A DNA stretch of 63,947 nt, the filler included, from Octopus bimaculoides (taxonomy: Eukaryota), in the NCBI RefSeq assembly GCF_001194135.2. It is 9 parts of 8 records of this genome, joined end to end, with 100 filler letters (N's around TTAATTAATTAA, not from the genome) between each part and the next. Parts side by side here need not be neighbours in the genome. Positions count along the whole stretch, not along the records: positions 58,142 to 60,901 come from NC_069003.1; positions 61,002 to 62,731 come from NW_026374385.1; positions 62,832 to 63,947 come from NW_026315243.1; 6 more parts are not named here. One strand, 5' to 3'. This document shows, one piece after another, positions 58,042 to 63,947 of the stretch; positions within the stretch are counted from its first letter, which is position 1; each line of letters starts with the position of its first letter. The position numbers were made by a program, and so were the translations under genes. The notes under the pieces are model-generated. The model was given only the letters and a program-made list of their open reading frames with translations. It was not told the origin of the DNA and did not search any database.

Positions 58042-59817
58042 NNNNNNNNNNNNNNNNNNNNNNNNNNNNNNNNNNNNNNNNNNNNTTAATTAATTAANNN
58101 NNNNNNNNNNNNNNNNNNNNNNNNNNNNNNNNNNNNNNNNNTGATGTTGTCAAAACTGTTTTTAGCACAAGTAAATACGTTTTTTTTTTTAAATAGGTTG
58201 TTTTTTAAAACTCCACCAGGTTATTCTTATTTTTTCCTCTCGTTTTGCGTTGGGTGTAAAGAAATTCTTTCTTTTCCTCTCGTTTTGTGTTTTGTGTAAA
58301 CATCGAATTAAGATGTTTTAAAGACGGATTCTGTATAAACCATTGTAACGAATGGCTTCCAAGATTTCTAAGCCAGGACTCGAAACCGAATCTACATTTT
58401 TCTACAAGTTCTCTTCCTGTTGTTCTCGGATTTTGCACTAGAAAATTTATGCATGTGAATTATTTACCTAAGACCTTTTTCAAATCAAACTTGGGTCAAG
58501 GTTGATTACAGGGAAGAAACATTCTGTTCAGCCTGACCTAATTTGGTTAAAAAAAATTAAATACAGAACCCCAAATCGGTGCCGTCTCTTTGGTCACTTT
58601 GTGCCTAGCCGAGAGTATCTATTTCTCTCCCTTCGTTTAGAGATTGTCATCGTGCAACAATACAACTTTCTCTCTATCTACTTGTCATCTCAGAGAGGTA
58701 GACTCTCTTACTCTTTCTCTCTCTCCTGTTTTCACTCGTCTTCTAGCAGTCAACAAAAACTGAAGCTAACTACCTACGTAATGGATAAAAGAACGGCAAA
58801 TAATTTCTGTATAACAACAACTCGAAGTTGTATCTTACATTGTAACGATGAAAATAAAAGACCTTTTCAATTTATATGTTTTCCATCTAGTTTATTTGTT
58901 ACTTGCAATTGTTATACTATCCAACTAAAGATGTTTTGAAGATGAGCATTATAAATAATCAAACTAAAGATGTTTTTAAAATGACTGTAGTATATAAACC
59001 AAAAAACGATTGTCGTATAGAAGCCTTCAAACTAAAGATGTTTTAAAGATGACTTTGGTAAATAAACTATTAAGCTGAAGGTATTCTAAAGACCAATGCA
59101 GAAAATATATAATCACTACCACAACGACTATAACAACACCACCACCATCAGTATCACCAACACCACCATCAACCCGCACACTACCACCAACACCGACACC
59201 ACTACTACCAACATCACGTGAAGCATGAACACCAAAAGCATTACCACCACCACCACCACCACCACCACCACCNNNNNNNNNNNNNNNNNNNNNNNNNNNN
59301 NNNNNNNNNNNNNNNNNNNNNNNNNNNNNNNNNNNNNNNNNNNNNNNNNNNNNNNNNNNNNNNNNNNNNNNNNNNNNNNNNNNNNNNNNNNNNNNNNNNN
59401 NNNNNNNNNNNNNNNNNNNNNNNNNNNNNNNNNNNNNNNNNNNNNNNNNNNNNNNNNNNNNNNNNNNNNNNNNNNNNNNNNNNNNNNNNNNNNNNNNNNN
59501 NNNNNNNNNNNNNNNNNNNNNNNNNNNNNNNNNNNNNNNNNNNNNNNNNNNNNNNNNNNNNNNNNNNNNNNNNNNNNNNNNNNNNNNNNNNNNNNNNNNN
59601 NNNNNNNNNNNNNNNNNNNNNNNNNNNNNNNNNNNNNNNNNNNNNNNNNNNNNNNNNNNNNNNNNNNNNNNNNNNNNNNNNNNNNNNNNNNNNNNNNNNN
59701 NNNNNNNNNNNNNNNNNNNNNNNNNNNNNNNNNNNNNNNNNNNNNNNNNNNNNNNNNNNNNNNNNNNNNNNNNNNNNNNNNNNNNNNNNNNNNNNNNNNN
59801 NNNNNNNNNNNNNNNNN

Positions 59818-59853
<36 letters not shown>

Positions 59854-60615
59854 GAATCGCAGAGGTCCCGAAGAAGGTCACAGACGTCACCTTTCTTCCC
59901 TCTGATTAAGTCATTAAACAGCCAGAAATTCTTCTATTTGGGTTTTAGAAATAAAAGAAAGATCGTACACGAGTAGGCGTGGAAAAAATAAGATAAAAGA
60001 GAAAGAACAAAAAAAAACCCACGATAAATGACTGAGGCAGGCTGGGAAGATGGAAGACAAGTGGGTACATAGCCAGGTAAGTAGGTAGACAGGTGAGTAG
60101 ATAGACAGGTAGGAAGATAGGCTGGTAGCTAGACAAATAGGAAGGAGGTAAGTGAATAGGTTTAGTGTTTAAGTATAGAAGCCTCTTCTAGGAGAGATGC
60201 CATCTGCAAAGTAGGAATTTTATTACAAGAATCATAATGTTTTAAAGTTTATTGATTTTTCGAAGTTTCCCGCCTCTACCATTTCGTTCATTTGTTCAGT
60301 AAAGTGTAAAACTTAGAGTATACTTGAAAACTGGAGTGGTTTGTTCACGGCAGCCATGCAAATGTACGACAAGCTTTTACGGTTAATAATGTCGTTTCAC
60401 ATAAACCGGAATTTTAGCATCCATTTTTATGAATTTATCTATTAAATTTCCCCCAATTAATTAGGCATATGTTTATACAAGCGTATTATGTACCTGTGTA
60501 CGCCTTCATGCGTGAAGGTATGTACGTATACATGTGTATGTGTATGTATGTATGTATATGTAAGTGATGGTATGTATACACACACACACACACACACAGA
60601 CAGACATACACAAGT

Positions 60616-60840
60616 CTTTTATCTTTTACCTTTGACCTGTTTCAGTCATTACATTGCGGCCATGCTGGGGCACCGCCTTAGAGAGTTTATAGTCAATTGC
60701 ATCGATTCCAGTACTTCACTTTTTTTTCAAGCCTGGTACTAATTCTATCGATCTCTTTTGCTGAACAGCAAAGTCACGGGGACATAAACACACACACACC
60801 GGTTGTCAAACGGTGGTGATGGGACAGACACAGACAAAGA
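60616..60840 (-). mobile_element. Main SINE family, 3' half, reverse orientation
   Basis: Collinear with 33684-33900. Confidence 0.8.
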
Positions 60841-60860
60841 TACACACACATAGATATACA

Positions 60861-60896
<36 letters not shown>

Positions 60897-61984
60897 TATA
60901 TNNNNNNNNNNNNNNNNNNNNNNNNNNNNNNNNNNNNNNNNNNNNTTAATTAATTAANNNNNNNNNNNNNNNNNNNNNNNNNNNNNNNNNNNNNNNNNNN
61001 NTGTGTGTGTGACTGTGTGCATGTGTGTTTGTATGTATGTATGTATGTATGCATCGATGTTTGTACGTATGCATGTCTCTACCTATACGTGCAAATGTTT
61101 AACTGTTAGCATATGAGTAAAAATAAAAGAAACAGATGGACGGATTGAAGGAAAGAAGGCCGGACTAGCTGAAGACTAGTGCTGCTGTTGTTGTTGTTGT
61201 TGTTGTTGGTGGTGGTGGTATAGGCGGCGGCGGTGGCTATGCACATGCGTGTTTCGGTCACACGGAGAGCGCGAAGAAGTGGCTGCGTGTTATCCGTTCC
61301 ATCGAATCGACGTCGCCTTTTGTATTCCATTCAACAACCAAAGCTATTTGATCTCTGGAGAGACCGCTTAATACATAGGAATGTATCGCGTGAGGGTTAG
61401 TGGCATCATAGATTCACAGTGGCCTTAATAAGAGGCAGAATTCAGCGGGTATTAATAGTGGGTGGGGAGGAAGGCTCCGATTTTTTTTTTATTATTGTTT
61501 TATCGTTTTTTTTTTCTTTTTANNNNNNNNNNNNNNNNNNNNNNNNNNNNNNNNNNNNNNNNNNNNNNNNNNNNNNNNNNNNNNNNNNNNNNNNNNNNNN
61601 NNNNNNNNNNNNNNNNNNNNNNNNNNNNNNNNNNNNNNNNNNNNNNNNNNNNNNNNNNNNNNNNNNNNNNNNNNNNNNNNNNNNNNNNNNNNNNNNNNNN
61701 NNNNNNNNNNNNNNNNNNNNNNNNNNNNNNNNNNNNNNNNNNNNNNNNNNNNNNNNNNNNNNNNNNNNNNNNNNNNNNNNNNNNNNNNNNNNNNNNNNNN
61801 NNNNNNNNNNNNNNNNNNNNNNNNNNNNNNNNNNNNNNNNNNNNNNNNNNNNNNNNNNNNNNNNNNNNNNNNNNNNNNNNNNNNNNNNNNNNNNNNNNNN
61901 NNNNNNNNNNNNNNNNNNNNNNNNNNNNNNNNNNNNNNNNNNNNNNNNNNNNNNNNNNNNNNNNNNNNNNNTCTTCTTCTTCTT

Positions 61985-62057
<73 letters not shown>

Positions 62058-62104
62058 GAAAAATGAAAGAAATTGAGAAAAATGAATACAGGAAAATGAA
62101 TGAA

Positions 62105-62148
<44 letters not shown>

Positions 62149-62371
62149 TGCATGCCTGTATGTATGTATGTATGTATGTACGTATGTATGTATGTATGTG
62201 TGTGTGTTTGTGCGCGCGCGCGTGTGTTTGTATGTACGCTCGGTCGTACATCAGCGCGAATATGTGTGGTTACGTGTGTTGTGCGTGTTTACGCAAATGT
62301 ACGAATAAATTTATGTACGCATGTTATGTTCGTGTAAGTCTGTGTGTTTGTGTTCATGCTTGTGGGGTGAA

Positions 62372-62528
62372 TGCGTGGCTGTGTGGTAAGAAGCTTGCTT
62401 CCCAACCACATGGTACCGGGCTCAGTCCCACTGCGTGGCACTTTGGTCAAATTTCTTCTACTATAGCTTTAGGCCAACAAATGCCTTGTGAGTGGGTTTG
62501 ATTGACAGAAACTGAAAGAAGCCCGTCA
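62372..62528 (+). mobile_element. Main SINE family, 5' half
   Basis: gtggctgtgtggtaagaagcttgcttcccaaccacatgg..aaactgaaagaagcccgtc. Confidence 0.85.
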
Positions 62529-63679
62529 TATATATGCATAGATACACACATACATGTACATACCTACATATATATGTATATATACATGCATATATGGGTA
62601 CAGGACATAAAAAACGTGAACAAAAAGTGAAACGAGAACATAAAAAATATAGAAAACGAACTTTTTTTCGAACAACGAAAGAAACGAACAGAGAAACGAG
62701 ACATGCAACATAAAGAACATTCCCTTCATCANNNNNNNNNNNNNNNNNNNNNNNNNNNNNNNNNNNNNNNNNNNNTTAATTAATTAANNNNNNNNNNNNN
62801 NNNNNNNNNNNNNNNNNNNNNNNNNNNNNNNACATATATATACATATATATATATAAATATATATGTATGTATGTATGTATGTATGTTTGTATGTATACT
62901 GATATAAATATAAATATGTGTGTGTATGAGTGTGTCTGCGTATGAAAGGCAAATATGTGCGAAAATAGTAGAAAATTGGTATTTACTTATCTGGCCGAGA
63001 TATTTTCTTTTGTTTTGTTGGTCTGGTTTTTTTATTCTTTGGTGACGTTATTTTGTTTGTGGTTTTTTTGTTTGTTTGTTATTTTTTTTTGTTTTTTGTT
63101 TTTGTTTTTTTATTATTATTGTGCCTCGGTGACAGTTCGTGGCTTCAAACGGCGAGCGGAAAAAATCCAATAGTTTTAGGAAGCTTGCATCTTATGTGGA
63201 TCTGTCCGTTCTCAGAACTGAACAGCGTGTGTTGTCGTCAGATAGCGGACTTGCCTTTATTGCTGCTTCCACTACGCGTGAGAACAAGTGTGAAAGACAA
63301 GGAGAGAAAAGAGCGAGGGAGAAGAAAGAGAGAGAGAGAGTGTGTGTGTGAAAGAGGAAAAGAGAGAAAGAGCGAGAGAGAAATAGAGAGAAAGAGTGGG
63401 TGCAGTAAAAGAGAAAGGGAATGTACGTTTGAGTGTATGTGTTAACGTATAAAACCTATATAAAAAAGTGATATATAGAGAGGGAAGTAGTAAGAGAATG
63501 GAAAAAAGTAAAAGAGAAATAATATAGAAGGTCGAGTGTGTGTGTGCGTGTGTGTGTGTTCATGTGAGTAAAAGAATGCCTATGTTTGTGGTAAAGCGTA
63601 AGTGTAATGTGGAAGAAACTAAAGAAATGGATAAATGAGAAATATAAAGAAACGGAAAAACAATTCTATTAATATTGTT

Positions 63680-63680
63680 T

Positions 63681-63741
<61 letters not shown>

Positions 63742-63745
63742 TAGT
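63680..63745. repeat. (TAG)n microsatellite
   Basis: Seen directly. Confidence 0.95.
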
Positions 63746-63910
63746 AGTTGCAGGAGGAGGAGGAGCAGAAGGAGGAGGTGGGGGAGAAGGGAAGCGAGAG
63801 AGACACAGGAAAGTTGCAAATAAATTTTAAAAATTTAAATAAGACTGTAACATTATATTTGTGTGAGTGCATGTGTGTGTGTGTTTGAATACACATGTTT
63901 ATATATATAA

Positions 63911-63947
<37 letters not shown>

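Noticed and set aside
58920-59055. Three imperfect aactaaagatgtttt repeats; also short tandem duplications at 3614-3647 and 45840-45883
   Set aside because: These are ordinary slippage-type duplications with no further structure.
59110-59272. Thr/Pro-rich mucin-like reading
   Set aside because: It is a degenerate (ACC)n microsatellite running into a gap.
61140-61340. GC-richer stretch, with another at 63120-63290, as a promoter or first exon
   Set aside because: It is partly (GTT)/(GGT)/(GGC) repeat, with no supportable ORF, splice pattern or promoter element.

Overview
AT-rich, microsatellite-dense animal genomic DNA with many N gaps. The SINE families, mariner family and repeat density look like an Octopus (cephalopod) assembly; this is recognition from memory, not a database result. 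The main signal is a minus-strand gene fragment at 34119-51030 made of ten visible, separately duplicated exons, with an eleventh probably hidden in the gap at 42699-43105. Each exon is 153-168 nt, symmetric phase 1-1, bounded by AG/GT, free of stops, and encodes one six-cysteine pacifastin-like/half-VWC module (C-x18-CNxCxC-x7-C[TS]xxxC) plus a Thr/Pro-rich linker. The putative reactive-site (P1) residue varies between modules (K, E, L). The ~1.1-1.3 kb introns are paralogous and carry later insertions: a full-length mariner, an hAT, a Tc1-type MITE, and two SINEs at one splice donor. No start or stop exon was identified. Elsewhere the window holds a decayed, internally scrambled RTE LINE, a CR1-like RT fragment, a second mariner, many SINEs and MITEs, a long palindrome, and several Penelope-type hammerhead-ribozyme motifs, one nearly intact. 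Most long ORFs in the supplied track are microsatellite or N-gap artefacts. Eight N-TTAATTAATTAA-N spacers are assembly joins.
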